A stretch of 64,000 nt of DNA from Chloroflexota bacterium (GCA_035294645.1 DATGKN010000092.1:994-64993); one strand, 5' to 3'; shown: positions 9,025 through 18,123, counted from the first letter of the stretch. Notes: generated from the sequence alone by a model not told the origin. Numbers and translations: made by a program.

Positions 9025-9763
9025 CCTCGGGCGCCAACAGAGGGCCGAGCTCCAGCCCCGCCGCTCCCAGCACAGCGCGCACTGGGCCCTCGGCTACGAT
9101 CCGACCTTCGCGCAGGGCCACGGCGCGGCGCGCCACCGCCAAGGCCTCGTAGGGGTCGTGAGTCACCAATACCGTGGTGGTCCGCGCGGCGGCTAGCAAC
9201 CCCGGCAGCTCGCCCAACAGCGCCTGCCGCGTGGGGTAGTCCAGCGCGGCGAACGGCTCGTCGAGCAGCAGCAGCTCCGGCTCCAGCACCAGCGCCCGGG
9301 CCAGGCTCGTGCGCCGCGCCTCGCCCCCCGAGAGGGTACGCGCCGGCCGCCGCGCTAGGGCGGCGATCCCCAGGCGCTCCAGCCACACCGTCACCCGCGC
9401 CCGGAGCTCTTGCCCCGGCACCCCCCGCAAGCGTAGCCCACTGGCCACGTTGTCGAACACGCTGGTGTCGAACAGCAACGGTTCTTGGAACACCACCGCC
9501 AGCCGCCGCCGCACCGCCACGGGATTGCGCCGCGCGTCGACCTGCTGGCCGGCGAACCACACACGCCCGCGGTCCGGCGCCAGCAGCGCGGCCATCACCT
9601 GGAGCAGCGTGCTCTTGCCCGCCCCATTCGGCCCCACTACGGCCAGCACATCCCCAGGCCACACGTCCAGCGCCGGCACGTCCAGGACTACCCGCCCGCC
9701 GCGCCGCACCTGCACGCCGCGCAGCGCCACTAGCGGGCCGCTGGGGGGTGCCTGGTCGCTCAC
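9017..9763 (-). CDS. tupC: ABC transporter ATP-binding protein (tungstate TupC-like)
   Basis: Walker A GPNGAGKST, LSGGEARR, LLLLDEPF. GTG start overlaps the permease stop (GTGA). Operon context with TupA/TupB-like genes. Confidence 0.7.
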   Translation of the reverse strand: MSDQAPPSGPLVALRGVQVRRGGRVVLDVPALDVWPGDVLAVVGPNGAGKSTLLQVMAALLAPDRGRVWFAGQQVDARRNPVAVRRRLAVVFQEPLLFDTSVFDNVASGLRLRGVPGQELRARVTVWLERLGIAALARRPARTLSGGEARRTSLARALVLEPELLLLDEPFAALDYPTRQALLGELPGLLAAARTTTVLVTHDPYEALAVARRAVALREGRIVAEGPVRAVLGAAGLELGPLLAPEVK

Positions 9764-10464
9764 AGCGGCCGCCCTCGCTGCTGGATCCAGGTAAGCGTCA
9801 GGTTGACCGCGTAGACGAGCGCGAGCAGAATGAGCCCTAAAGCCAGGGCCAAATCGAAGTTGCCCTTGCTCGTCTCCAGCACGGTCGCCGTGGTCAGCAC
9901 GCGCGTCTGGCCCTGGATATTGCCGCCCACCATCATCGCCGCGCCGACCTCGGAAATCACCGCGCCGAACCCGGCCATGACCGCCGCCAGCAGCGGCAGC
10001 CGCGCTTCACGCACCAGCAGCGCGAGATACTGCCAGCGCGTGGCCCCCAGCGCGAGGATCTGGAGGCGCAGCCGGGGGTTGAGCTGCTGGATGGCGGCCA
10101 CCGTCAGCCCGATGACCACGGGCAGCGAGAGTACTACCTGGGCGATGATGATGGCCGTGGGCGTGTATAGCAAGCGGAGCTGGCCCAGGGGCCCCGTGCG
10201 CCACAGGAGAATGGTAATGACTAGCCCGGCGACCACGGGCGGCATGCCCATGCCCGTATTGACCAGCGCCAACAGCAGTCCTCGCCCGGGAAAGCGGACC
10301 AGCGCCAGCCAAGTCCCCAGCGGCACCCCCACCAGCACGCTGATCGCCGTGGCCGTGAGCGATACCCGGAGGCTCAGCAGCGTGATCTGCCATGTCTCCG
10401 CGTCGCCGGTCAGCAGCAGCCGGAGGGCATGCAGCACCGCGCTGGCCAGTAAGTCCATGGGCAC
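9760..10464 (-). CDS. tupB: ABC transporter permease (tungstate TupB-like)
   Basis: 234-aa polytopic protein with EAA-type loop (ALGATRWQYLALLVREARLP). Directly abuts the binding-protein stop. Confidence 0.7.
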   Translation of the reverse strand: MPMDLLASAVLHALRLLLTGDAETWQITLLSLRVSLTATAISVLVGVPLGTWLALVRFPGRGLLLALVNTGMGMPPVVAGLVITILLWRTGPLGQLRLLYTPTAIIIAQVVLSLPVVIGLTVAAIQQLNPRLRLQILALGATRWQYLALLVREARLPLLAAVMAGFGAVISEVGAAMMVGGNIQGQTRVLTTATVLETSKGNFDLALALGLILLALVYAVNLTLTWIQQRGRPL

Positions 10465-11352
10465 TCACTCCCCGAGCAACTCCTCCTCGGAGCGCCCAGC
10501 GGCGGGGATGAACAGCGACTGCCCGTAGCGGTCGCGGCCGAACGCCTCGATCGCGGCCTGCGCCTCGGGGCTCACCAGCCAGTCAGCGTAGGCCTCGGCC
10601 CCCGCGTTGTTGATGCGCGGCGACTTGGCCGGGTTGACGGGCATCACGTGGTAGATGTTGCGCAGCACGGCATCGCCCTCGACCAACAGCACGAGGTCGA
10701 GCGTGTTGCGCCGCGCCAGCCAGGTGCCACGGTCCGTGAGCGTGTAGGCCTGGCGATCGCTCGTGATGTTGAGCGTCTGGCCCATGCCCTGGCCGACCGC
10801 GAGGTACCACGCCTGGCCCTCGGGATTGACCCCGATGCGCTGCCAGAGCTGGCGCTCCAGGATGTGCGTGCCGGAGTTGTCGCCGCGGCTGACGAACACG
10901 CTGCCCGCCGCCGCGATGCGCCGCAGCGCCTCGACCACGGGCTGGCCGCGCACACCGGCAGGGTCGTCGGCCGGGCCGACCAGCACGAAGTCGTTGTACA
11001 TCACCAGCAGCCGCCGCGTACCGTTGCCCGCCGCCATCCAGGCGCGCTCGGTCTCCGGCGCGTGGACCAGCACGACATCGGCCTCGCCGCGCTCGCCTAG
11101 CGCCAGCGCCTGGCCGGTGCCCACGCTGATGGTCTTTACCTGATAGCCGGTAGCCCGTTCGAACATCGGATGCAGGTAGTCGAGCAGGCCCGTATCGTAG
11201 GTGCTGGTCGTGGTGGCCAGGATCACTTCCGGCTGCGCCGGCCCCTGGGCTGCCGTGGTGGGCTGCTGGAGCAGCAGCACGCTAGCGAGCAGCACCCCTA
11301 GCATGGCCAGTCGGCGTGGCGGAAGCAGCCGCGTGACGCCGGGGATCAACAC
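10465..11352 (-). CDS. tupA: tungstate/oxyanion ABC substrate-binding protein (TupA-like)
   Basis: GTG start with strong SD AAAGGAGGAG. Signal peptide, then VILATTTSTYDTGLLDYL, the TTTST-D-GLLD anion-binding motif I associate with TupA. Confidence 0.7.
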   Translation of the reverse strand: MLIPGVTRLLPPRRLAMLGVLLASVLLLQQPTTAAQGPAQPEVILATTTSTYDTGLLDYLHPMFERATGYQVKTISVGTGQALALGERGEADVVLVHAPETERAWMAAGNGTRRLLVMYNDFVLVGPADDPAGVRGQPVVEALRRIAAAGSVFVSRGDNSGTHILERQLWQRIGVNPEGQAWYLAVGQGMGQTLNITSDRQAYTLTDRGTWLARRNTLDLVLLVEGDAVLRNIYHVMPVNPAKSPRINNAGAEAYADWLVSPEAQAAIEAFGRDRYGQSLFIPAAGRSEEELLGE

Positions 11353-11379
11353 CGCACTCTCCTCCTTTCGTTCGCCGCA

Positions 11380-12513
11380 TCAGCCGACGCGCCGGACGCT
11401 GCCGGCCTGCGCCAGGTCGTAGCCGCCCAGCGCCTGCGCGGCGGCGCGAAACGCCGGTGCGCGTAGTGCCGCCAACACGGCGGCCACTTCCGGGCGCGCT
11501 TGCTGCTCGGCGCGCAACGCCAGCTCGTAGCGCTCGCGCGCCAGGGGCACGAAGTCGAGGCCCGCGGCCTGCGCCGCCGCGCGGATGCCGAGCCCCACAT
11601 CCGCGGCGCCCGTGGCGACCGCGACGGCGACCGCCAGATGGGTCGGTACCTCGCGCTCGTAGCCGGCGACGGCTGCAGGGGACACCCCCGCCGCCGCCAG
11701 CAGCCGGTCGAGCAGCAGCCGCGTGCCGCTGCCGCGCGGCCGGTTGACGAAGCGCACGCCCGGCCGCGCTAGATCTCGCACCGCGCGCACGCCTGCCGGG
11801 TTGCCCGGCGCCACGAGCAGCCCCTGCTCGCGCTCGGCCACCGTGACGAGCAGCACCGGCTCGCCCGGCAGCAGGCGCTCGACGAACGGCGCGTTGTACT
11901 CACCGCTCGCCGCATCCAGCAGATGGCAGCCAGCGAGGTCGCAGGCATCGGTAGCTAGCGCGAACAACCCGGCTAGGCTGCTCGACGGCCGCCAGCGGAT
12001 CGGCCAGCGCGGTCGCCCCGCACGCAGCTGGCGGACTAGCACCTCCATGCAGAGGTCATGGCTGCCGGCCAGCCGCACACTCCGTGCAGGGCCCTGGGGC
12101 CCCGCAGCAGGATCGCCTCGCCGCTGCCGCGCCGCGCGCCAGCGGGCGAGCTGGGCAGTGAACGTGGCCGCGACCTCCGCCGGCTGGTAGCCCAGCGCGA
12201 GCGCGGCGGCCAACACCTCCCCCACCAGCTGGTGCAGCCGCGCGGCCCGCAGCGCGACCGCCGCCTCTGCCGCCGCGGGCGCCACGCGGGTCCCCCGGCC
12301 GGCCCGCGCCACCACCACCCCCTGCGCCGCAAGGCAGGCGTAGGCGCGCTGCACCGTGTTGACGTTCACGCCCCAGCGCGCCGCCGCCACACGCACGGGT
12401 GGTAACCGGGCGCCGGGCGCCAGCTCTCCCGCCGCGATCTGGCGCAGGATCGCCTCGGCGATGGCCCGATAGCCGCTGCCCGGGTGCCCAAAGTCATTTG
12501 TCTGAGCTGTCAT
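11380..12513 (-). CDS. transcriptional regulator: N-terminal GntR-type wHTH fused to PBP_like (COG1910-type) oxyanion-binding domain
   Basis: ORF 11380-12558. Start placed at ATG 12513 because the upstream GTG lies inside the divergent promoter. GntR pattern YRAIAEAILRQIAAGELAPGARLPPVRVAAARWGVNVNTVQRAY. The C-terminal 230 aa resemble the periplasmic-binding-like domain fused to HTHs in molybdate/tungstate regulators. Confidence 0.7.
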   Translation of the reverse strand: MTAQTNDFGHPGSGYRAIAEAILRQIAAGELAPGARLPPVRVAAARWGVNVNTVQRAYACLAAQGVVVARAGRGTRVAPAAAEAAVALRAARLHQLVGEVLAAALALGYQPAEVAATFTAQLARWRAARQRRGDPAAGPQGPARSVRLAGSHDLCMEVLVRQLRAGRPRWPIRWRPSSSLAGLFALATDACDLAGCHLLDAASGEYNAPFVERLLPGEPVLLVTVAEREQGLLVAPGNPAGVRAVRDLARPGVRFVNRPRGSGTRLLLDRLLAAAGVSPAAVAGYEREVPTHLAVAVAVATGAADVGLGIRAAAQAAGLDFVPLARERYELALRAEQQARPEVAAVLAALRAPAFRAAAQALGGYDLAQAGSVRRVG

Positions 12514-12528
12514 AGGACAAGTATACGC

Positions 12529-12538
12529 CCTGTACAGG
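12529..12538. promoter_or_regulatory. perfect 10-bp palindrome CCTGTACAGG, candidate GntR-type operator
   Basis: Lies between the divergent regulator start (12513) and the plus-strand -35 box (12545). Contains the GT-N-AC core typical of GntR-family operators. Confidence 0.3.
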
Positions 12539-12544
12539 TTACGC

Positions 12545-12572
12545 TTGACAGCGCGCACAGCCGCGCTATACT
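12545..12572 (+). promoter_or_regulatory. sigma-70-type promoter (small ORF / MFS transporter unit)
   Basis: TTGACA (12545-12550), 16-nt spacer, TATACT (12567-12572). Confidence 0.55.
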
Positions 12573-12655
12573 ACGGGCCAACCGAGCTATGGCCAAGCCA
12601 TAAGGCGGTCAGGCCATAAGGCCACCGCCGAACGTCTCAGCGGTGAGGCGGCGAG

Positions 12656-13006
12656 GTGAGCACGCAGCGGGCGGTGCACTGGCAGCTCGTGGTCCTCGTG
12701 CTGGGCTGTGCCCTGGCCATCGCCGCCGTAGTACCCGCCGCCTCGGCCAGCGGCGCGGGGGTGGGGCTCCCGGTGGGGCCCATACTCGCCGTCGCGTTGT
12801 GGGCCGCTGGGGGGCCCGGGGGCGCCTTCGGGCTGCCCGCGGCCGCGCTATGTGGCCTGGCTGATGGCACGGATGCCCTCGCCTCGGGCCCCGTGAACGG
12901 TGCCCTTGCCCCGCTGCTAGTGGGCCTGGACCTCGGCATCTCACCCGCCCCATGCGCCCCGGCGGGCATCCTGCTGCGCCCCCCCTGGTATCCGCTGCGC
13001 TGCTGA
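12656..13006 (+). CDS. hypothetical small exported/hydrophobic Gly-Ala-Pro-rich protein
   Basis: GTG start after GAGGCGGCGAG. High third-position GC in this frame. Signal-peptide-like N-terminus (LVVLVLGCALAIAAVVPAASA/SG). No recognisable family. Confidence 0.35.
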   Translation: MSTQRAVHWQLVVLVLGCALAIAAVVPAASASGAGVGLPVGPILAVALWAAGGPGGAFGLPAAALCGLADGTDALASGPVNGALAPLLVGLDLGISPAPCAPAGILLRPPWYPLRC

Positions 13007-13135
13007 TCCGTGCCGTCGGTCACGCCGCTGCGCCTACCGCGCCCTCGTTGCCCGCCCGCGGCGCCAGCGGGCGGCGGGTCGCGGGTGTAGCGTCCGGACA
13101 GCTCTTCTAGGGGATGCAGGAGGAAAAGAAGACCT

Positions 13136-14443
13136 ATGGCGCTCTCGTCGAGTTCTGCGACCGTGCCAGCGGCCAGTCCCGTGCGCAACCGCTGGCTCCA
13201 GCTGCTCGTTGGCATCATTGCCATGGTGGCGGTAGCCAACCTGCAGTACGGCTGGACCCTGTTCGTCAACCCGATCGACGACCGGTTTCACTGGGGCAAG
13301 GCGGCGATCCAGGTCTCGTTCACGCTGTTCGTGCTCGCCGAGACATGGCTCGTGCCGTTCGAGGCGTATCTCGTCGACCGCTTCGGCCCGCGGCTGATCG
13401 TGAGCATTGGCGGCGTGCTGGTAGCCATCGCCTGGGTGCTCAATGCCGAGGCCTCGTCGCTCCCGATGCTGTGGCTGGGCGGCGCGATCGGCGGCATCGG
13501 GGCCGGCATCGTGTACGGCACCAGCATCGGCAACGCGCTCAAGTGGTTCCCCGACCATCGTGGCCTCGCGGCCGGCCTCACCGCGGCGGCGTTCGGCGCC
13601 GGCTCCGCGCTCACCGTGGTGCCTATCGCCGAGATGATCGAGTCGCAGGGCTACCAGGCGGCCTTCTTCTGGTTCGGGCTGGGCCAGGGCCTGGTGGTGC
13701 TGATCATGGCCCTGCTGATGCGCACGCCGACCGCACAGGAGACGGCCTCCAAGATGAAGCCCGAGCTACGCCAGGCGGCCCGCGACTACACGCCGCTGGA
13801 GACGCTGCGCAGCCCGGTGTTCTGGCTGCTGTACGTCATGTTCACCATGGTCGCTACTGGCGGGCTCATGGCCACCGCGCAGCTGGGCCCCATCGCCCGC
13901 GACTACGGCGTGGCCGACGCCCCCGTGGCCATCCTCGGCTTCACGCTCGCCGCGCTGCCGTTCGCGCTGTCGCTCGACCGCGTGCTCAACGGCTTCACGC
14001 GGCCGTTCTTCGGCTGGGTGTCGGACCACATCGGGCGCGAGAACACGATGTTCATCGCCTTCGGGCTCGAAGGCGTGGCCATCCTGCTGCTGGTCAGCTT
14101 CGCGCACGTGCCGGAGCTGTTCGTCATCCTCTCGGGGCTGACGTTCTTCGCCTGGGGCGAGATCTACAGCTTGTTCCCGGCCGTCTCCGGGGACTTGTTC
14201 GGCAACAAGTACGCCACGACCAACTACGGCATGCTGTACACCGCCAAGGGGACCGCGTCGCTGCTGGTACCGATCGGCAGCCTGGTCCAGGGGATGACGG
14301 GCAGCTGGCTGCCCATCTTCCTGCTGGCCGTGGCCTTCGACTGGGCGGGGGCCTTGCTGGCGATCCTGGTGCTCAAGCGCGTGCGGGCGCGGATGGTGGC
14401 GGCACCCGCCCTGGTACCCGGCCAAGCCGGCCACGCGGTCTGA
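13136..14443 (+). CDS. MFS transporter, oxalate/formate antiporter (OFA) family
   Basis: 435 aa, SD AGGAGG 8 nt upstream. RWLQLLVGIIAMVAVANLQYGWTLF and FGWVSDHIGRENTM are OFA/OxlT-like hallmarks. 12 predicted TM segments by eye. Confidence 0.85.
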   Translation: MALSSSSATVPAASPVRNRWLQLLVGIIAMVAVANLQYGWTLFVNPIDDRFHWGKAAIQVSFTLFVLAETWLVPFEAYLVDRFGPRLIVSIGGVLVAIAWVLNAEASSLPMLWLGGAIGGIGAGIVYGTSIGNALKWFPDHRGLAAGLTAAAFGAGSALTVVPIAEMIESQGYQAAFFWFGLGQGLVVLIMALLMRTPTAQETASKMKPELRQAARDYTPLETLRSPVFWLLYVMFTMVATGGLMATAQLGPIARDYGVADAPVAILGFTLAALPFALSLDRVLNGFTRPFFGWVSDHIGRENTMFIAFGLEGVAILLLVSFAHVPELFVILSGLTFFAWGEIYSLFPAVSGDLFGNKYATTNYGMLYTAKGTASLLVPIGSLVQGMTGSWLPIFLLAVAFDWAGALLAILVLKRVRARMVAAPALVPGQAGHAV

Positions 14444-14487
14444 TCGCGTGGCCATCCCCGTGACCTAGCGGGCGGATAACAGCCAAC

Positions 14488-14521
14488 GGCGCCGGTCGCG
14501 GAGCGCTCCGCGACCGGCGCC
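14488..14521. terminator. bidirectional terminator-like hairpin between convergent genes
   Basis: 34-nt perfect palindrome GGCGCCGGTCGCGGAGC/GCTCCGCGACCGGCGCC between the MFS stop (14443) and the ALDH stop (14551). No clear U-tract. Confidence 0.55.
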
Positions 14522-14550
14522 GTCTGTGGTGGAACGAGCGTGCGGTGCCG

Positions 14551-16011
14551 TTACTGGACCGCGATGCAGACGTTTTTGGCCTCGGTGTAGAACTCCCAGC
14601 TGTACTTGCCGCCCTCACGGCCGATCCCGCTCGCCTTGGCGCCGCCGAACGGCACGCGTAGGTCGCGCACGAACCAGCAGTTGACCCACACCGTGCCGAC
14701 CACCAGCCGCGCAGCTACCCGGTGCGCCTGCTTGAGGTCGTTGGTCCAGATGGTGGCGTCCAGCCCGTACGGGGTGTCGTTGGCCAACCGCACCGCCTCC
14801 TCCTCGCTGCGGAACGGTTGCACCGACACCACCGGGCCGAAGATCTCCTCGCGGCAGATGCGCATGTCGGGGCGTACCTGGGTGAACACGGTCGGCTGGA
14901 GGAAATAGCCGCGCGCGAGGCCCTCGGGCCGCTCGCCGCCGGTCACCAGCGCGGCGCCCTCCTCGCGGCCGAGCTGGATGTAGCCGCGCACGCGCTCGTA
15001 GTGGCTCTTGGACACCAGCGGGCCCATCTCGGTGGCCGGGTCGAGCGGGTCGCCGAGGCGCAGCGCGCGGGCGGCGGCCACGAACTTCTCCAGGAACTGG
15101 TCGTAGATCCGCTCCTCGATCAGGAAGCGCGGGGTGGCCAGGCACACCTCGCCCTGGTTGAAGAATGCCGAGCGCAGCGAGCCGGCCACGGCGGCATCGA
15201 GGTCGGCGCTGGCGAACACCAGGTTCGGCGCCTTACCGCCCAGCTCGAACGACACGCGCTTCAGGCCCGGGGCGGCCGCGGCCATGATCTGCTGGCCGGT
15301 GACCGTCTCGCCAGTGAATGAGACCAGGTTCACGCCCGGGTGCGACACCAGCGCGGTACCGACCGTCGCACCGGGGCCGGTCACGACGTTGAACACCCCC
15401 TCCGGCAGGCCCGCCTCCGCCACCAGCTCGGCCAGCCGCAGCGCGGTGAGGGGAGTAACCGACGCCGGCTTGACGACGCAGGTGTTCCCCGCCGCCAAGC
15501 AGGGACCGATCTTCCAGGTGGCGAGCAGCAGCGGGAAGTTCCAGGGCGTGATCAGGGCCGCCACGCCCACCGGGTCGCGCAGCTCGTAGTGCAGGTACTG
15601 CCCGTCCTGGTTGACGGCCTCGCTGGTGACCTTGGTGCTGTACTCGGCGAAGAAGATGAAGTTATGGGCTGAGCGCGGGACGTCGAGCGCGCGGCTCTCG
15701 CGCACCGGCTTGCCGGTGTCCAGGCTCTCCAGCTGCACCAACTCGTCCTGGTGCTGGAGAATCAGCTCGCCGACGCGGCGCAGCAGGGCCGCGCGCTCGG
15801 CGGCGCGCAGGCGCGGCCAGGGGCCCTCGTCGAAAGCGCGCCGCGCCGCGCGCACTGCCCGGTCCACGTCACTAGCGTCGGCCTCGGCGATGTGCGCCAG
15901 CACCTGTTCGGTCGCGGGGTTCACATCCTCGAACGTGCGGCCGCTGGCAGCCTCCACCCACTGGTTGTCGATAAACAAGCGCTTCACCGCGGGGCGGGTC
16001 GCGACTTCCAT
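14551..16011 (-). CDS. NAD(P)-dependent aldehyde dehydrogenase
   Basis: 486 aa. ELGGKAP, catalytic Cys block FFNQGEVCLATPR, PWNFPL motif. Resembles hydroxymuconic-semialdehyde-type ALDHs. Confidence 0.9.
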   Translation of the reverse strand: MEVATRPAVKRLFIDNQWVEAASGRTFEDVNPATEQVLAHIAEADASDVDRAVRAARRAFDEGPWPRLRAAERAALLRRVGELILQHQDELVQLESLDTGKPVRESRALDVPRSAHNFIFFAEYSTKVTSEAVNQDGQYLHYELRDPVGVAALITPWNFPLLLATWKIGPCLAAGNTCVVKPASVTPLTALRLAELVAEAGLPEGVFNVVTGPGATVGTALVSHPGVNLVSFTGETVTGQQIMAAAAPGLKRVSFELGGKAPNLVFASADLDAAVAGSLRSAFFNQGEVCLATPRFLIEERIYDQFLEKFVAAARALRLGDPLDPATEMGPLVSKSHYERVRGYIQLGREEGAALVTGGERPEGLARGYFLQPTVFTQVRPDMRICREEIFGPVVSVQPFRSEEEAVRLANDTPYGLDATIWTNDLKQAHRVAARLVVGTVWVNCWFVRDLRVPFGGAKASGIGREGGKYSWEFYTEAKNVCIAVQ

Positions 16012-16102
16012 CGGTTCACCTCACGCGCGTCTAGTTGCCCCGCGCTTATTGTACGTCCGCGCCGGTGTGGTCCGTGCACGCGCGGTAGGCACCGCCCCCG
16101 GC

Positions 16103-16132
16103 TTGCAGTCTGGGTGCACGGGCTGGTATCAT
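16103..16132 (+). promoter_or_regulatory. possible rpsO promoter
   Basis: TTGCAG (16103-16108), 18-nt spacer, TATCAT (16127-16132), about 90 nt upstream of rpsO. Confidence 0.35.
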
Positions 16133-16220
16133 CGCCATTGTCCCCAGACTCGTGAGTGATCCCCTGCCGCCTGCGGGCGCTCGCGGTGTGCGGCGGGGTG
16201 GCAGGAGGCGCGAGAAGCCG

Positions 16221-16490
16221 ATGACCCTGACGGCCGACCAAAAAAAGGCGATCATCGCGGCGTACGCGCGCGACGAGAAAGATACCGGCTCCCCCGAGGT
16301 GCAGGTGGCCCTGATCACCGAGCGCATCCGCTATCTCCAGAGCCACCTCGAGGTGCACAAGAAGGACCACCACACCCGCCGCGGGCTGCTGATGCTCGTT
16401 GGCCAGCGCCGCCGCCTGCTCGACTACCTCAAGCGCAAGGACGCCGAGCGCTACCGCGCCCTCATCCAGCGCCTCGGCCTGCGCCGCTGA
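16221..16490 (+). CDS. rpsO: 30S ribosomal protein S15
   Basis: Start at ATG 16221 after [99 protein letters not shown] is unmistakably S15. Confidence 0.95.
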   Translation: MTLTADQKKAIIAAYARDEKDTGSPEVQVALITERIRYLQSHLEVHKKDHHTRRGLLMLVGQRRRLLDYLKRKDAERYRALIQRLGLRR

Positions 16491-16586
16491 GCGGCCTGGC
16501 GCGCCTCGTATCCTGGGCCAGGCGGGGTTGCCGCCGCGCGCGGCACCCAGTATGCTGGGCGGGAGCGGGCGAGGGAACAGGCTGCA

Positions 16587-16961
16587 GTGTACCTCATCGT
16601 TCGCTGGCTGATCACGGCCATCGCCCTGGGCGTGGCCGCCTGGTTGGTGCCGGGCATTCGCGTACAAGACCAGCACGCCGGGTGGGCGGTGGCCGTCACG
16701 GCCGCGGTGCTGGGCTTGGTCAACGCCATCGTGCGGCCGCTGCTTACCCTGCTGTCCTGCCCGCTGATCCTGCTCACCCTCGGGCTGTTCCTGCTGGTGA
16801 TCAACGCGGCGATGCTCGGGCTCGCCTCCTGGCTCGCCGTGACTGTGTTCGGCGTGGGGTTCTACATCGATGGCTTCTGGTCGGCGCTAGTCGGCTCGAT
16901 CGTGGTCAGCATCGTCTCGTTCCTGCTCGCGCTCGCGCTGCCCGACAAGCAGCCAGCCTAG
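16587..16961 (+). CDS. Phage_holin_4_2 / DUF360-family small membrane protein
   Basis: 124 aa, 4 TM segments. AVLGLVNAIVRPLLTLLSCPLILLTLGLFLLVINA is the family-typical core. Confidence 0.65.
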   Translation: MYLIVRWLITAIALGVAAWLVPGIRVQDQHAGWAVAVTAAVLGLVNAIVRPLLTLLSCPLILLTLGLFLLVINAAMLGLASWLAVTVFGVGFYIDGFWSALVGSIVVSIVSFLLALALPDKQPA

Positions 16962-17012
16962 CGAGACCGCCCTGGCCGCGCTCGGGCGCTGCCGCTGGAG
17001 GGAGGAGCGCTG

Positions 17013-17969
17013 GTGATCGTCGACGTCCACAGCCACCTGATCCCCCGCGAGTTCGTGCCGCCCAACGCCGTGGCCGCCATGACGCTGATGGCCGACGTCG
17101 AAGGGTTCTTGCGCGCCCACGCGGAGAGCCCGATCGACTTCAGTGTGCTCAGCCAGCCGCTGCTGCTGGAGGCGCGGCTGGCTGAGGGGCCCGAGCGCGT
17201 CCTCGACTTGGCCCGCCGCTGCAACGACTTTCTGGCCGACCTCGTGGCGCGGTACCCGGATCGCTTCGTGGCGCTGGCAGCGATCTGGCCGCAGGGGGGG
17301 GCGGGGCAGCTGCGCGAGTTCGAGCGCTGTGTTCGGGAGCTGGGCATGCGCGGCGCGATGGTCTGCCCCCGCTACGGCGACCGCTGGCTCGACGCGCCGG
17401 AGGCACGCGACTTTCTGGCCCTGGCGGTCGAGCTGGACGTGCCGGTGTACCTGCACCCGCCGGGGGTCACCTTCGCCAAGCCGCACTTGGCGGTCTGCCG
17501 GCTGGACGAGACGATCGGGCGGGGTCTAGAGACCACCATCGCGCTGGGGCGGCTGATCATGACCGGGGTGCTGGAGCAGCTGCCGCGCCTGAAGCTCGTG
17601 GCCTCTCACGTGGGCGGCGGGTTGCCGGCGCTGCTCGGCCGGCTGGAGTACAGCTACGAGATCCGCCACCAGCCAACCTACGCCCTCGACCCCGAGCTGC
17701 CGTTGCCGCCCAGCGCCTACGCGCGGCGCATCTGGGTCGATACGGTCGCCTTCTGGCCGCCGGCCATCCGCGCAGCGCTCGATACGTTCGGGCCCGACAA
17801 GGTCATGCTGGGAACCGACACGCCGCCGCTGCCGATCCCACTGGCACGCTCGGTCGAGATCGTGCGCGCGCTGGGGCTGGCGGCCGCGACCGAGCGCGCC
17901 ATCCTAGGGGAGAACGCGATCGCCCTGTTCCGCCTGCCATGGCGCGCGGGGAAGACAACGGGCTCCTAG
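17013..17969 (+). CDS. amidohydrolase_2 family protein (ACMSD-type hydrolase/decarboxylase)
   Basis: GTG start after GGAGGGAGGAG. VDVHSHLIP metal motif, VYLHP, ILGENAIALF C-terminus. Confidence 0.8.
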   Translation: MIVDVHSHLIPREFVPPNAVAAMTLMADVEGFLRAHAESPIDFSVLSQPLLLEARLAEGPERVLDLARRCNDFLADLVARYPDRFVALAAIWPQGGAGQLREFERCVRELGMRGAMVCPRYGDRWLDAPEARDFLALAVELDVPVYLHPPGVTFAKPHLAVCRLDETIGRGLETTIALGRLIMTGVLEQLPRLKLVASHVGGGLPALLGRLEYSYEIRHQPTYALDPELPLPPSAYARRIWVDTVAFWPPAIRAALDTFGPDKVMLGTDTPPLPIPLARSVEIVRALGLAAATERAILGENAIALFRLPWRAGKTTGS

Positions 17970-17993
17970 GCAGCGATGGCGCCCCAAATGCTA

Positions 17994-18032
17994 GCACCCC
18001 CTGCCGGTCCCGTTGGGCCGAACAGGGGGTGC
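17994..18032. terminator. bidirectional terminator-like hairpin
   Basis: 10-bp stem GCACCCCCTG / CAGGGGGTGC with a 19-nt loop, between convergent stops at 17969 and 18124. Confidence 0.5.
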
Positions 18033-18123
18033 CACACTGGGGGCAAGCGTGGACTATCGCGCGCGGCGCGCCAGGGGCCCCTCGCGGTACGCGTGGTCGA
18101 GGTAGCGCCCGGCCGGCTCGCGC

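Noticed and set aside
12656-13006. Small Gly/Ala/Pro-rich ORF as a RiPP or bacteriocin precursor
   Set aside because: It has a Sec-type signal peptide rather than a leader/core layout, and no maturation enzymes, protease or dedicated exporter are adjacent. It was kept only as a low-confidence hypothetical CDS.
13114-14463. 449-aa plus-strand ORF in an alternative frame over the MFS transporter gene
   Set aside because: The 13136-14443 frame gives a textbook OFA-family MFS sequence with an AGGAGG SD. The alternative frame is Arg/Pro/Gly-rich nonsense.
14488-14521. 34-nt perfect palindrome as a mobile-element inverted repeat or regulator binding site
   Set aside because: It is a single copy, sits exactly between two convergent stop codons, and no transposase is present. 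A transcription-terminating hairpin is the simplest explanation.
16587-16961. Phage_holin_4_2-family gene as a prophage or lysis-cassette remnant
   Set aside because: There is no endolysin, spanin or any phage gene nearby. This family is widespread as a chromosomal membrane protein of unknown role.
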